Assembly (NCBI GenBank): GCA_023268805.1
Contig: JALRKT010000001.1
Span: 20,561-84,560, forward strand
DNA: 64,000 bases
Reading direction: 5' to 3'
Source of the DNA: Bacilli bacterium
GTDB lineage: Bacteria > Bacillota_I > Bacilli_A > RFN20 > CAG-826
Below are positions 29,691 through 39,601 of this stretch, in pieces. Under the pieces are notes generated by a model, which worked only from the letters and a program-made list of their open reading frames with translations, did not search any database and was not told where the DNA came from. Each line of letters starts with the position of its first letter. Positions within the stretch are counted from its first letter, which is position 1. The translations under genes and the position numbers were made by a program.

Positions 29691-30267
29691 ATAGATCGAG
29701 GATTAAGGTTCCTTCGCTATCTCCACTAAGTCCTGCTGCATTTCCTTCATCGGTATCAATGTGCATGGCAAGAGCAAAATCGGAACGAACCCGGACGACA
29801 ACGTCACCAAAAATGAGTGAACGATCAGCATTTTTTATTTTGACGCCGACGATTTGTTTATCGTTAACACCATAATGAAGGGCATCTTCTGGTGTCATAT
29901 GAATATGACGTTTGGCAAGAATTAATCCTTCACTTAATGTAATTTCTCCTTCAGGACCACAAATCGTAATAGGAGCACTTTCTTTTATATCCCCAGATTC
30001 ACGAACGGGAGGTTTCACACCTAGACTACGTGCTTCTGTCGCGGACACTTCAACTTGAGAAGCTTTACGAACAGGACCTAATACGACAACATTTTCAAGC
30101 GAACGTTTGGGACCGATAAGCGTTAGGCGAACTTGAGAAACAAATTGTCCAGGTTGAGAGAGTGGACGAACGGGTTCAAGTTGACTTCCAGGTCCACAAA
30201 GAATTTCTAAATCTTTTTGAGTTAAGTGAATATGACGAGCTGAAATTTCTACTAAGATTGGTTTCAT
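29689..30267 (-). CDS. pduL: PduL-type phosphate acyltransferase (phosphotransacetylase-like)
   Basis: Two PduL repeats with RHIHL and RHIHM motifs, 192 aa. Confidence 0.75.
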   Translation of the reverse strand: MKPILVEISARHIHLTQKDLEILCGPGSQLEPVRPLSQPGQFVSQVRLTLIGPKRSLENVVVLGPVRKASQVEVSATEARSLGVKPPVRESGDIKESAPITICGPEGEITLSEGLILAKRHIHMTPEDALHYGVNDKQIVGVKIKNADRSLIFGDVVVRVRSDFALAMHIDTDEGNAAGLSGDSEGTLILDL

Positions 30268-30317
30268 TTTTTTACCAAGTTTAATTATAAAAATTTAGAC
30301 GCTTGAAAGCAAATCAT

Positions 30318-31403
30318 TTATTTTGATGGAACCGCTTTTTTTTGAATTAAGACGCCACGAAGAATTAAGACTACCAATCCTAGGATTAACCAACCGTAAA
30401 AAACAAAAAATCGCCAAATAAAGGTCACCCAAAATAACTCCTGCCCTACAACAAATCGAGAAAAGATGGCTGAGAAAGTAAATTCTGCGGCACCCGCACT
30501 TCCAATCGTAGGTACTACACCTAACATAGTATTCGTCATCGCCATCAATTGAACAAGTTGGGTCCATTGGAAGGATGGTAGATTGTCGCCAATAAACACA
30601 GGCACAAATGACGATAAAATAAAGAAAGGAATAATCAACAAACTTAGTTGTGATACGACACTAGAAAGAAACACCGCCATCAGACTACCAATCTTTTTTT
30701 TGTAAAAGGCAAACGCATGTTGATAGAGTGAAAATGCTTCTTCTACTTTTTTGGCAACCGAAACCGCAGTTCTTTTGAACCAATATTGGCGAATTAACCC
30801 GACAAAAAATCGAGAAAAAGAAGGGTGAAATGAAAATAGGATTAAGACGACTGGAAGAAAACTTGTAAAAAAATATCCCACAAGAGAAAAGACGAATAAA
30901 TAAGGATCGAGTAAATTTCCAATCCCAAAAAAAGCAATGGTTGTTAAAATCGCCATGGCAAACCGCATAAAAAATAAATCTAACATCGGAATTGCTGTGG
31001 CTTGAGCAAACGGAACACCTTCTTTGTGCATGAGGCCCATCATAATCGGTTGCCCACCTAATCCCCAAGGCGTAATTAAAACATAATAACGGGAGAGGAT
31101 ACCGTATCGTAATGCCGTCAACAATGGAATCGGATGTCCACTCGAGTGGAGCAGCATCCACAAACGAAGGGCTGAGGTGAAAATCATCATCAATACTGCT
31201 AATAAACTTAACCATAGCCATGAAGGATGCGACAACCAAACACCCGTTGAAGCAAACAAGTCTATTAATACGAAACCTTCTAATTCACTTTGTAATGTTG
31301 CAATCGTAACAAGTATTCCGACAATAATCGAAAGAAAAACAAAAAATCCTCCAAGCCAAACCTTCACATTTATTGATGATGGATTTTTTTTTGAATGAGC
31401 CAT
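30318..31403 (-). CDS. Flippase-like / UPF0104 (lysyl-PG-synthase TM-region-like) polytopic membrane protein
   Basis: 361 aa, ~8 TM, resembling the MprF N-terminal/YbhN family. Confidence 0.5.
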   Translation of the reverse strand: MAHSKKNPSSINVKVWLGGFFVFLSIIVGILVTIATLQSELEGFVLIDLFASTGVWLSHPSWLWLSLLAVLMMIFTSALRLWMLLHSSGHPIPLLTALRYGILSRYYVLITPWGLGGQPIMMGLMHKEGVPFAQATAIPMLDLFFMRFAMAILTTIAFFGIGNLLDPYLFVFSLVGYFFTSFLPVVLILFSFHPSFSRFFVGLIRQYWFKRTAVSVAKKVEEAFSLYQHAFAFYKKKIGSLMAVFLSSVVSQLSLLIIPFFILSSFVPVFIGDNLPSFQWTQLVQLMAMTNTMLGVVPTIGSAGAAEFTFSAIFSRFVVGQELFWVTFIWRFFVFYGWLILGLVVLILRGVLIQKKAVPSK

Positions 31404-31460
31404 TAATTAATTATAACGACTTGACAAAACACCAGGAGAAAAAGTCGTATAATTTTAAAG

Positions 31461-32870
31461 ATGAATAATAAAACTGATCCTTCCTTACCATTCTTAATTC
31501 GCGATAAAAATATTCAATTAATTCGTCAACGTTTTGACCTAGTTCCACTTGTTGATTTAGCCGATGAAGTGGATGCGCTTGAAGATCCAAAAGATATTTT
31601 ATTTGTCTTTAAAACATGTTCAAATGCTGTCACTGCTGAACTCTTTAGTTATTTATCTTCACTTACTCAAGAACGTCTCTTACAACTATTTACGGATAAA
31701 CAAATCGTTGACTTATTAAACCATTCTTACTCAGATGATGTCGCCGATTTTCTTGGGGAATTACCCGCCAACCTTGTGCAACGTATTTTAAAAAATGTCG
31801 ATGCTTCTTATCGTGATGAAATTAATCAATTACTTCGTTATAAAGAAGGAACTGCTGGTAGTATCATGACGCCGGAATATATCACTTTATCAAAGGATGC
31901 ATCCGTTGATACTGCCTTAACGAAAATAAGAAAAATTGGACGAGAAAAGGAAACCATTCAATCGCTATTTGTCATTGATTCAAAACGATACCTTATTGGG
32001 ATTTTAACGCTAGAAGACTTAGTTTACCACTCTGGGGATACCTCCCTCTCATCGTTAATGAGTGATGATTTTCAAACATGTCATGTCCATACCACTCAAG
32101 ATGACGTTGTTAACCTTTTCAAACGATATAATTTGACCGTCCTTCCTGTCCTAAATGAAACCAATCGATTAGTGGGAATTATTACTATTGATGATGTCTT
32201 ACATGTCATTGAGGATATTGCCAGTGAAGATATTTTGAAAATGGCTGCAATCAACCCTCTTAAAGATGATTACAAAGCAACTTCTTCATGGATGATTACC
32301 AAAAAATCTATTCCTTGGATCTTAGGGTTAATGATGATCGGTTCGATTTCTACGTTTGCGATTAATCAATTTGAATCAACGTTTCAAAGTGTGATTGTAT
32401 TAACTGCATTTATTCCGATGATTATGAATACCGGAGGCAATGCTGGTAACCAAAGTGTTGCCTTAATTACTCGGGCACTTGCAACCCACGAGCTTTCCTT
32501 AAAGGATATCCTTTATATCATCAAAAAAGAATTCACGACAGCGACAATCATGGCTATCACAACTGCCTTTTTTGCTTTTATTTGGATTGGTATATTACTT
32601 ACCACCCAATTTATTCGTTTTGAAAATATAACAGTCCTTTATTCACTGGCTTGGTTCAGTTCAGTTGCGCAAGTATCGGGTCTAGTTGCTTCCACATTAC
32701 TACTTTCGGTTTTTGTTGCAAAATTATTAGGAAGTTTACTACCCTTACTTGCGGTTAAAATTAAAAAAGACCCAGCAATTATGTCGAGTCCTTTTTTGAC
32801 AACAATTATGGATTTTACCTCCTTAATTATCTATTTTCTCTTCGCGAATTATCTGTTTAATTTCTTTTAA
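31461..32870 (+). CDS. mgtE: Magnesium transporter MgtE
   Basis: MgtE N-domain, two CBS domains, 5-TM C-terminal domain. Confidence 0.9.
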   Translation: MNNKTDPSLPFLIRDKNIQLIRQRFDLVPLVDLADEVDALEDPKDILFVFKTCSNAVTAELFSYLSSLTQERLLQLFTDKQIVDLLNHSYSDDVADFLGELPANLVQRILKNVDASYRDEINQLLRYKEGTAGSIMTPEYITLSKDASVDTALTKIRKIGREKETIQSLFVIDSKRYLIGILTLEDLVYHSGDTSLSSLMSDDFQTCHVHTTQDDVVNLFKRYNLTVLPVLNETNRLVGIITIDDVLHVIEDIASEDILKMAAINPLKDDYKATSSWMITKKSIPWILGLMMIGSISTFAINQFESTFQSVIVLTAFIPMIMNTGGNAGNQSVALITRALATHELSLKDILYIIKKEFTTATIMAITTAFFAFIWIGILLTTQFIRFENITVLYSLAWFSSVAQVSGLVASTLLLSVFVAKLLGSLLPLLAVKIKKDPAIMSSPFLTTIMDFTSLIIYFLFANYLFNFF

Positions 32871-32903
32871 TTTTCTCAACCATTCGTTATAATAAATAAC
32901 GCT

Positions 32904-32988
32904 GCAGGTATGGCGGAACTGGTAGACGCGTACGTTTGAGGGGCGTATGGGGTAACCCGTGGGAGTTCGAGTCTCCCTACCTGCACCA
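32904..32988 (+). tRNA. tRNA-Leu (anticodon GAG)
   Basis: 85 nt. Acceptor GCAGGTA/TACCTGC, anticodon loop TTGAGGG, long variable arm, CCA encoded. Confidence 0.88.
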
Positions 32989-32995
32989 AAACAAA

Positions 32996-33026
32996 CAAAA
33001 AACCCAAGGAAATCCTTGGGTTTTTC
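32996..33026. terminator. Bidirectional rho-independent terminator
   Basis: AAAAAACCCAAGGA AA TCCTTGGGTTTTT. Confidence 0.65.
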
Positions 33027-33043
33027 TCTAGCTTAGAAATCGA

Positions 33044-36000
33044 CTAGTAATTCATGGTGTGCGTACCTAATGTACCACCACCACCGATATCACTGTTAAT
33101 TGCAGTCGCTGTCCATTGGGTATCATCCCAAGTGTTTGTTGCACTTACATAAGGAGATTTGATGTTCGGGTTTCTTACAACAGAGTGATCCGTTGTGGTT
33201 CCTCCAGATGGTAATGCCCAGTTTGAACCAGGATCAGTACCAATTGTTCCAAATACATCAATTAATACCCCATCTTTATGAAGACCAATTGCATCGTCAC
33301 CATTAAAGAATGTGACTGAACTTGAAAGTTTTCTTGAATCAGGAATATTTGCAAGTTCTGGAAATAAAGCAACAGAAATTGATGAATTGTAAAAGACAAA
33401 GGTTTCCCCATGAGCTAATGTTGATCCAGCAGGGAATGATACAGGGGTTGTTGTACTATTACCATTACCATATAAACCTACTGTATAAGTAGATAGATCG
33501 ACTGTGGAGCCAGTTCCGTTAAATATTTCTAAATATTTATTGTTGCTAGAACCTTCATATACTTCCGAAATAATGAGGTCAGTCGCGTAGGAGACATTTT
33601 CAACAGTAATGGTCAATGTGTTCGAGACAGCAGGTGTTTCAACACTCGTAGCAGTAATAATTGCTGAACCTGCGCTCACCCCTGTGACGAGACCATTCGC
33701 ATCCACTGTCGCGACGGCAGGAGTATCGGAGACATAAGTGTACGTTCCAACCCACGCAGCAGGTGTTGGTGTGACAACGACCTGTGTCGTTGAACCAACT
33801 CCGATGGTGGAAGGGTCAGCACTCAAAGAAATACCCGTTAACACTAAGGGATCAGAAACTGTTAAATCGAGCGTACCAATCACCGCGCTACCAGGTTCAT
33901 TTGCGGCAGCAGTAATGGTCACATTACCTGCAGCAACACCTGAAACTAAACCCGTTTGATCAACGGTTGCAACAGCATCATTACTGGACGACCATGTCAC
34001 ATCGAGGACGTCAGCATTCGCTGGGAGAACCGTTGCAGTTAATTGTAATTGTCCATTAGAAGCCAACGAAGTTGCTCCTTCTGCACCAGCAACAGTAATT
34101 GAACTCACTAAAACCGGATCCGCTTCGACTAAAGTAAAGTCACTACCACCAGAAGGATAAACTTGTAATGCGCCTGAGTAGGCATTGAGAATACCTTCAT
34201 AGTTCACCGTGTCGTTTTTCCAGAAGTCAGTGAATAACGCGTTAAGTGAATTACGTTCGGCTTCAAGTAAGAAACCGGAAATTCGAACATCCACCGCGAC
34301 TGCACCAAGTGTAAATGCACGGTTTGTCGAGGAAGTCCCCACGTTAACCCAAGGTTGAGGTGGGAATAAACCATCAATCTTAACTAATCTCCATTGATTA
34401 GTAAGCGGGGTATCTGTCGTGTTATAAGTTGCTTCTGTAATTTCTAAAGGGGTAATTGCAGGAGCCGTTAAGAAGGAGATTTTAGACATGTTAGCAACAC
34501 TTGCTCCAGAGTAAGCCCCAATACGACGAGGTTCAGCGGAGTTTTGTGTAGGACCAGTGACTTGAACGAAATCACCGGATGCAAAGCCAGCGGTTTGCGC
34601 ACCTGCAACTTGAATTGCTTCCGAGCCAACTTGAATAAATAATTCGTTGGAGGCAATGATACGAGTAATGACACCGTTTACCGTTACAACGGTGTTCACA
34701 GCCGTTGCTTTCGCAGCGGCAATTGTTGTTACATCTTCAACCGTAATTAAGACATCATCTGTTTTGGTGTTGTCTTCAGTAGCAGCTGCGGTAATGGTCG
34801 CAGTACCGACGGCACGGGCTTCTACGATCCCTTCTGATGTAACAGTTGCAACCGCATCATCTGAAGAACTAAAGGTTAAACCTTGACCGACATAACCTAA
34901 GGGTAATAAGGTTGCATCAAGATCTAAGGTTGCACCAATTTTTAAAGTAGAGTCGCCGACATTAATTAAAACACCTTCTAAGGAAAGTGGAGCAGGCGTT
35001 ACGGTCACCGATAAAGTACCCGAAACTAAGTTGTCTGCCACCGAAGTCGCGGTAATGGTCACAGTTCCTGGCGCAATCCCAGTCACTAAACCAGCACTGT
35101 CAATTGTAGCAATCGTATCATCACTGGATGCCCAGGTAACGGATTTGTCATCTGCATCCGCTGGTAAAACAGTAGCCGATAATTGCAAGGTTAAGTTTTC
35201 AACAACTTCCACAGGATCAACTGAGGCTGTGACACTAATCGAGGTTGGTAAGACAGGGGCGTCAGTGTTGACGGCAAAGTCTGCAGCAGACGCAACCGCG
35301 AGTTGAACCCCATTAAAGTCACCTAAAACACCGGTGTAATCAATCTTAGCACCGGATGCTAAACCACCAAAGAAGGTGTTTAGCGCTTCACGTTCGGTGA
35401 CGTTAATATAACGATCGAAACGTGCCGTTAAAGTTTTAGCACCTAAATTCATCGTGACATTCACACCACCCGAGGAAGGATAGGTGTTGTCGACAAGAAG
35501 CGGTGTCCATGCCCCTGCGAGGGATAACTTTTTAATTTCCACAAGTCGGCCATCAAAGTTAGGGGCAAGATTATCATTAACCCAACCTTCTTCGTTGATG
35601 GAGACAGGAGTAATCGTCGGCGCAGGATCATCCAAGAATTGGACTTCCGGTAACCCGGTACCTGTCGGTCCGGTGATTTCCATTAAACCGTTATAGTTCG
35701 CGATGAAACCATACACTTGAATGAAGTCACCCACGGCCACTTCTTCTGTACCTTCATAACCGAAGATATTAATCCCGAAGTCGCCTTGTTGAATAAAGAA
35801 ACTCTTTTGACGGATGACGCGTGTAACCACGCCTTGAACCGTCACTTCCGAATCATTAGGTAATACGCGCGCAGCTTGAATCGAGGTAATCGTAGGCCCA
35901 ACTTCTTCTGAAGAAACAGTCGATGTCGTCGCCGACGTCGTGACTTCAGATGAACTGGCAACGGTACTCGTTGTCGTGCTGCTTGCGGGTGTAGAGCTTG

Positions 36001-36082
36001 CCACAGATGAACTTGAAGGTGTCGTAACACCGCAAGCGGCAAGAACTAACATCACAAACGGTAATAGTGTGATTTTTCTCAT
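33044..36082 (-). CDS. Large surface lipoprotein: Ser/Thr-rich linker, two duplicated OB-fold modules, about four Ig-like (Big_2-type) domains, C-terminal lamin-tail domain
   Basis: Lipobox LVLAACG after ATG at 36082 (GGAGGAA SD; the caller's 36145 start includes the promoter). Two homologous OB modules (VQGVVTRVIRQKSFFIQQG and VNGVITRIIASNELFIQVG). C-terminus LIISEVYEGSSNNKYLEIFNGTGSTVDLSTY is LTD-like. Confidence 0.7.
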   Translation of the reverse strand: MRKITLLPFVMLVLAACGVTTPSSSSVASSTPASSTTTSTVASSSEVTTSATTSTVSSEEVGPTITSIQAARVLPNDSEVTVQGVVTRVIRQKSFFIQQGDFGINIFGYEGTEEVAVGDFIQVYGFIANYNGLMEITGPTGTGLPEVQFLDDPAPTITPVSINEEGWVNDNLAPNFDGRLVEIKKLSLAGAWTPLLVDNTYPSSGGVNVTMNLGAKTLTARFDRYINVTEREALNTFFGGLASGAKIDYTGVLGDFNGVQLAVASAADFAVNTDAPVLPTSISVTASVDPVEVVENLTLQLSATVLPADADDKSVTWASSDDTIATIDSAGLVTGIAPGTVTITATSVADNLVSGTLSVTVTPAPLSLEGVLINVGDSTLKIGATLDLDATLLPLGYVGQGLTFSSSDDAVATVTSEGIVEARAVGTATITAAATEDNTKTDDVLITVEDVTTIAAAKATAVNTVVTVNGVITRIIASNELFIQVGSEAIQVAGAQTAGFASGDFVQVTGPTQNSAEPRRIGAYSGASVANMSKISFLTAPAITPLEITEATYNTTDTPLTNQWRLVKIDGLFPPQPWVNVGTSSTNRAFTLGAVAVDVRISGFLLEAERNSLNALFTDFWKNDTVNYEGILNAYSGALQVYPSGGSDFTLVEADPVLVSSITVAGAEGATSLASNGQLQLTATVLPANADVLDVTWSSSNDAVATVDQTGLVSGVAAGNVTITAAANEPGSAVIGTLDLTVSDPLVLTGISLSADPSTIGVGSTTQVVVTPTPAAWVGTYTYVSDTPAVATVDANGLVTGVSAGSAIITATSVETPAVSNTLTITVENVSYATDLIISEVYEGSSNNKYLEIFNGTGSTVDLSTYTVGLYGNGNSTTTPVSFPAGSTLAHGETFVFYNSSISVALFPELANIPDSRKLSSSVTFFNGDDAIGLHKDGVLIDVFGTIGTDPGSNWALPSGGTTTDHSVVRNPNIKSPYVSATNTWDDTQWTATAINSDIGGGGTLGTHTMNY

Positions 36083-36263
36083 GTGATATAAATTCCTCCT
36101 CACGTTTTTTTCCTGTCGAAACAGGTTTGCTATTACTGCTTTCATTATAAACTTTTATCCCCGTTTTATGCCAAGGAAAATCCCTTTTTCTTTACAAAGA
36201 TTAACAAATAACAAAAAAACCCTTTGGTAAGGGTTTTTTAGAAAAGAGTTGAGATAAAACCAA

Positions 36264-37973
36264 TTAGAGATTTTCGGCGTACGCTTTAAGGACTTTTTTC
36301 ACCGGGGCGAAGGTCTTCTTAATGGATCCTGGTTCGAAAGGATTACGTAATTTCGCGGATTGGAGCAGTTGGGTGAAAGGATATTTACCCCCGGTTTTAC
36401 ATACTTTGACGTATTTCTTCCACGCTTTTTCATAATTCTTTTTCATGAGACCTAAGAACTGTAAAGCGACCACTTGAGCGAGGGTGTAATCAATGTAATA
36501 GAAGGGGGCTCCAAAGATATGACTTTGTCGCATCCAACGTGTTCCTTTGTCATAAAGAGGAAAGCCGGCATAGTTTTTATAAGGAGTGTACTTCTTTTCA
36601 ATGACACGCCATTGCGCACAACGTTCTTCGTGGGTCGCTGTCGGATTGGCGTACACCCAATGTTGGAATTCATCCACAGTCACACCATAAGGAAGGAAGT
36701 TAATCGCACTTTCAAGATGACCAAATAAATACTTGGCTTCATCTTCTTTGAAGAATTTTTCCATGTAGGGTGTCGCAAAGAATTCCATCGACATCGAGTG
36801 AATTTCTGCTTCTTCCATGGTGGGATCACGATATTCAGTCGGTTGAATATTGCGTGACATATATCCTTGGAAAGCATGCCCAATTTCGTGAGTTAACACA
36901 TCGACATCACCCGAGGTTCCATTAAAGTTCGAGAAAACAAAAGGCATTTTATAACGGGGAAAGAACGTCATATAACCGCCACCACGCTTGCCAGGTTTTG
37001 CTTCTAGATCCAGTAAATTACGGTCGACCATTTCTTGGAAGAAGGCCCCAATTTCTTCACCCATGTTTTTGTACATGTCGAGGGCGGCTTTGACTAAATA
37101 GTCTTTATTTCCCTTCGGTGTCGCGTTGCCATCTTTAAATTGAATGGCTAAGTCATAAAACTTCGCCCCTTTAATTTCAATTCGTTTAACTTGTTTTCGC
37201 ACGAGGGCATTTGAAATCGGTACAACGAATTCAAAAATTTGGTCACGGTAGGATTTGACATCCTTTGGCCCGTAATCGGTACGACCCATGCGGTCATACG
37301 CCATTTCTGTAAAGGATGGATAACCCAATTTTTTCGCCATCCCCGTACGTAAGGTCACGAGTTGACTGTAAATTCCCGCGATTTGTTCTTCTTTTTCCGC
37401 CATCCAGTTTTCAACGGCTTTGGACGCGCGTTTACGAACATCGCGGTCTTTATCCACGGCAAATTTTCCCATTTGGGAAAGGTTATAAACTCCGCCATCA
37501 AAAGGAATTTGAGCAGAAGCCATCACGTTATCATATTGGGTGGTTAATTTATTTTCTTCTTGCAAATCGTTTAGAATCTTTGGATCAAAGGTGCGAGCCG
37601 ATACTTCTAATTTTTTAAATAAAAAGGGACCTACGAGAGTTTCTAGTTCTTTACGGAACTTACTTGCTAAGACGGCTTTGGAATAACGATTGCCTAAGCC
37701 AGCGATCATCGGTCCCACTTGATCGACCACATCATTCGCTTTTTTGTAGACTTCATCCCGGGTATCAATCGTGTGACGCACAGAAATGATGGTAAAATCC
37801 GTAGAAACTTCATCAAAGAATTTACCAATTTTGAGCATCCATTTCTTTTGTTCTTGGGCGCTTTCTGCTTTTTCAAAGCGTTCCATTAAGGCATTGAATT
37901 TCTTTTCAATCGTTGGGAATTTTGGAATGCGTAAGGGAAATTCCTCAAATTTTAACGTCGTTTTGTTCGCCAT
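36264..37973 (-). CDS. pepF: Oligoendopeptidase F (M3B)
   Basis: HEIGHAFQ zinc motif, 569 aa. Confidence 0.9.
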   Translation of the reverse strand: MANKTTLKFEEFPLRIPKFPTIEKKFNALMERFEKAESAQEQKKWMLKIGKFFDEVSTDFTIISVRHTIDTRDEVYKKANDVVDQVGPMIAGLGNRYSKAVLASKFRKELETLVGPFLFKKLEVSARTFDPKILNDLQEENKLTTQYDNVMASAQIPFDGGVYNLSQMGKFAVDKDRDVRKRASKAVENWMAEKEEQIAGIYSQLVTLRTGMAKKLGYPSFTEMAYDRMGRTDYGPKDVKSYRDQIFEFVVPISNALVRKQVKRIEIKGAKFYDLAIQFKDGNATPKGNKDYLVKAALDMYKNMGEEIGAFFQEMVDRNLLDLEAKPGKRGGGYMTFFPRYKMPFVFSNFNGTSGDVDVLTHEIGHAFQGYMSRNIQPTEYRDPTMEEAEIHSMSMEFFATPYMEKFFKEDEAKYLFGHLESAINFLPYGVTVDEFQHWVYANPTATHEERCAQWRVIEKKYTPYKNYAGFPLYDKGTRWMRQSHIFGAPFYYIDYTLAQVVALQFLGLMKKNYEKAWKKYVKVCKTGGKYPFTQLLQSAKLRNPFEPGSIKKTFAPVKKVLKAYAENL

Positions 37974-37996
37974 ATTGCTTTCTCCTTTAAGTTTAT

Positions 37997-39598
37997 TTAT
38001 CTATTAATAATAAGACTTTCTTCCGTCATTTCAACTGGTTTTGCTAATCCTAACAAGTCAAGAATCGTGGGGGCAATATTACCGAGCTTCCCACCTGTCG
38101 GCATTAACGTCGCTCCCGGAAGATTAATACAGACAGGGACAAGGTTCGTAGTATGAGCGGTATGCGGCAACCCTTCGGCTGTCAATATTTGATCGGCATT
38201 CCCGTGGTCGGCGGTTACAATGAGTGCACCACCATGCTGATGAACCCATTCGATGACCGAACCCACGCATTCATCGACGACTTCCACCGCTTTAACCACT
38301 GCTTTTTCTACCGCAGTGTGACCGACCATATCGCAATTAGCAAAGTTACAAATGACAACGTCGAGGTCACCCTTATTTAATTCACGTAGCAACGCATCAC
38401 GAACTTCATAGGCACTCATTTCCGGTTGTAAATCATAGGTGGCAACCTTGGGTGAATTAATTAACACACGACGGGATCCTGGAAGTTCAGGTTGTTCAAC
38501 CCCATCATAATTAATGGTGCCATCAAAGAAAAAAGTTACATGCGGATATTTTTCAGTTTCCGCAATACGTAATTGGGTTTTGCCATGTTGGGCAAGCCAT
38601 GGTCCTAAGGGATGGTCGAGCGTCGGTAACTTAAAGGCAATCGATCCTTTGACAGAATCCGCATATTTCATCGTTTGCACTAAATGAACGTGGGGAACGC
38701 GCTTAGGTTCATATGCGATATAGGCTGGTTTTCCATCTTTGATGGGAGGATTGGCGTAAAAGGTTGGATTGGTGAGTAGGGTACAAAATTGAATACCACG
38801 ATCAGGACGGAAATTCATAAAGATGATCGCATCGTTATCCTCAATTTTCCCATCAACTTCTGCATTAAAGTGAGGAATTAAAAATTCATCACTCGGATCT
38901 TTTCCTTCCTTAGGAAGAGAAGCATATTGATCCATAAAAAATTGTTGATAATCAGAAAAAGAAGGCCCTTGACGATTCACAATCACATCATAAGCCTTAC
39001 CCGTTCGAGCTAAGTTTTTATCGCGGTCCATCGCATAATAACGACCGCCAATGGAAGCGATTTTTCCTGTTTGATATTCCTCCATAGTTTTCGTTAAGGC
39101 ATCAAGATACGTAACCCCCAGTTGCGGACCAACATCACGGCCGTCCATCAAGGCATGAACCATGACATTTTCAACCTTTTGTTGAGCGGCCATTTGAATC
39201 ATGGCCTGAAAATGGGTTAAGTGCGAATGAACTCCTCCGTCCGATATTAAACCAATGATATGAAGTTTCGAACGGTGCTTTTTGACGTAATTCATCGCTT
39301 CTAAATATTTTTCATTTTTAAAGAAAGAACCATCCATGATCGCTTTATCAATTAAGGTGAGCGATTGATAGACAACGCGTCCAGCACCAAGGTTTAAATG
39401 ACCCACTTCGGAGTTTCCCATTTGCCCAGCGGGCAATCCTACATCAATCCCCGATGCTTGAATATAAGTGATGGGATAAGTAGAAAAGTATCGATCAAGG
39501 TTTGGTTTTTTGGCTTTAGCGATCGCATTTCCATACGTTTCCTTGCGAATACCATAACCATCCATGATGATTAAAATAACGGGTTTTTTCATAAACAC
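37997..39598 (-). CDS. gpmI: 2,3-bisphosphoglycerate-independent phosphoglycerate mutase
   Basis: 533 aa. N-terminal KPVILIIMDGYG and C-terminal TADHGNAD. Confidence 0.95.
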   Translation of the reverse strand: MFMKKPVILIIMDGYGIRKETYGNAIAKAKKPNLDRYFSTYPITYIQASGIDVGLPAGQMGNSEVGHLNLGAGRVVYQSLTLIDKAIMDGSFFKNEKYLEAMNYVKKHRSKLHIIGLISDGGVHSHLTHFQAMIQMAAQQKVENVMVHALMDGRDVGPQLGVTYLDALTKTMEEYQTGKIASIGGRYYAMDRDKNLARTGKAYDVIVNRQGPSFSDYQQFFMDQYASLPKEGKDPSDEFLIPHFNAEVDGKIEDNDAIIFMNFRPDRGIQFCTLLTNPTFYANPPIKDGKPAYIAYEPKRVPHVHLVQTMKYADSVKGSIAFKLPTLDHPLGPWLAQHGKTQLRIAETEKYPHVTFFFDGTINYDGVEQPELPGSRRVLINSPKVATYDLQPEMSAYEVRDALLRELNKGDLDVVICNFANCDMVGHTAVEKAVVKAVEVVDECVGSVIEWVHQHGGALIVTADHGNADQILTAEGLPHTAHTTNLVPVCINLPGATLMPTGGKLGNIAPTILDLLGLAKPVEMTEESLIINR

Positions 39599-39601
39599 TC
39601 C

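Noticed and set aside
30295-31239. Alternative-frame ORFs (90 aa and 184 aa) within the flippase-like membrane protein gene
   Set aside because: Same-strand out-of-frame ORFs with Cys/His-rich low-complexity products; the main frame encodes a coherent 8-TM protein.
31404-31460. Possible M-box (Mg) riboswitch upstream of mgtE, and a TTGACA...TATAAT promoter
   Set aside because: Only 57 nt of intergenic space, far too short for an M-box. The TTGACA and TATAAT hexamers are 21 nt apart, which is non-canonical.
33738-35306. Several 70-90-aa antisense ORFs inside the surface-lipoprotein gene
   Set aside because: They are opposite-strand readings of Thr/Ala/Val-rich repeat DNA, with no starts or SD, and are nested inside a strongly supported CDS.
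36083-36145. Caller's longer start (36145) for the surface lipoprotein
   Set aside because: The extra 21 codons contain the -10 element, a small hairpin and the GGAGGAA SD; the lipoprotein signal begins at the ATG at 36082.
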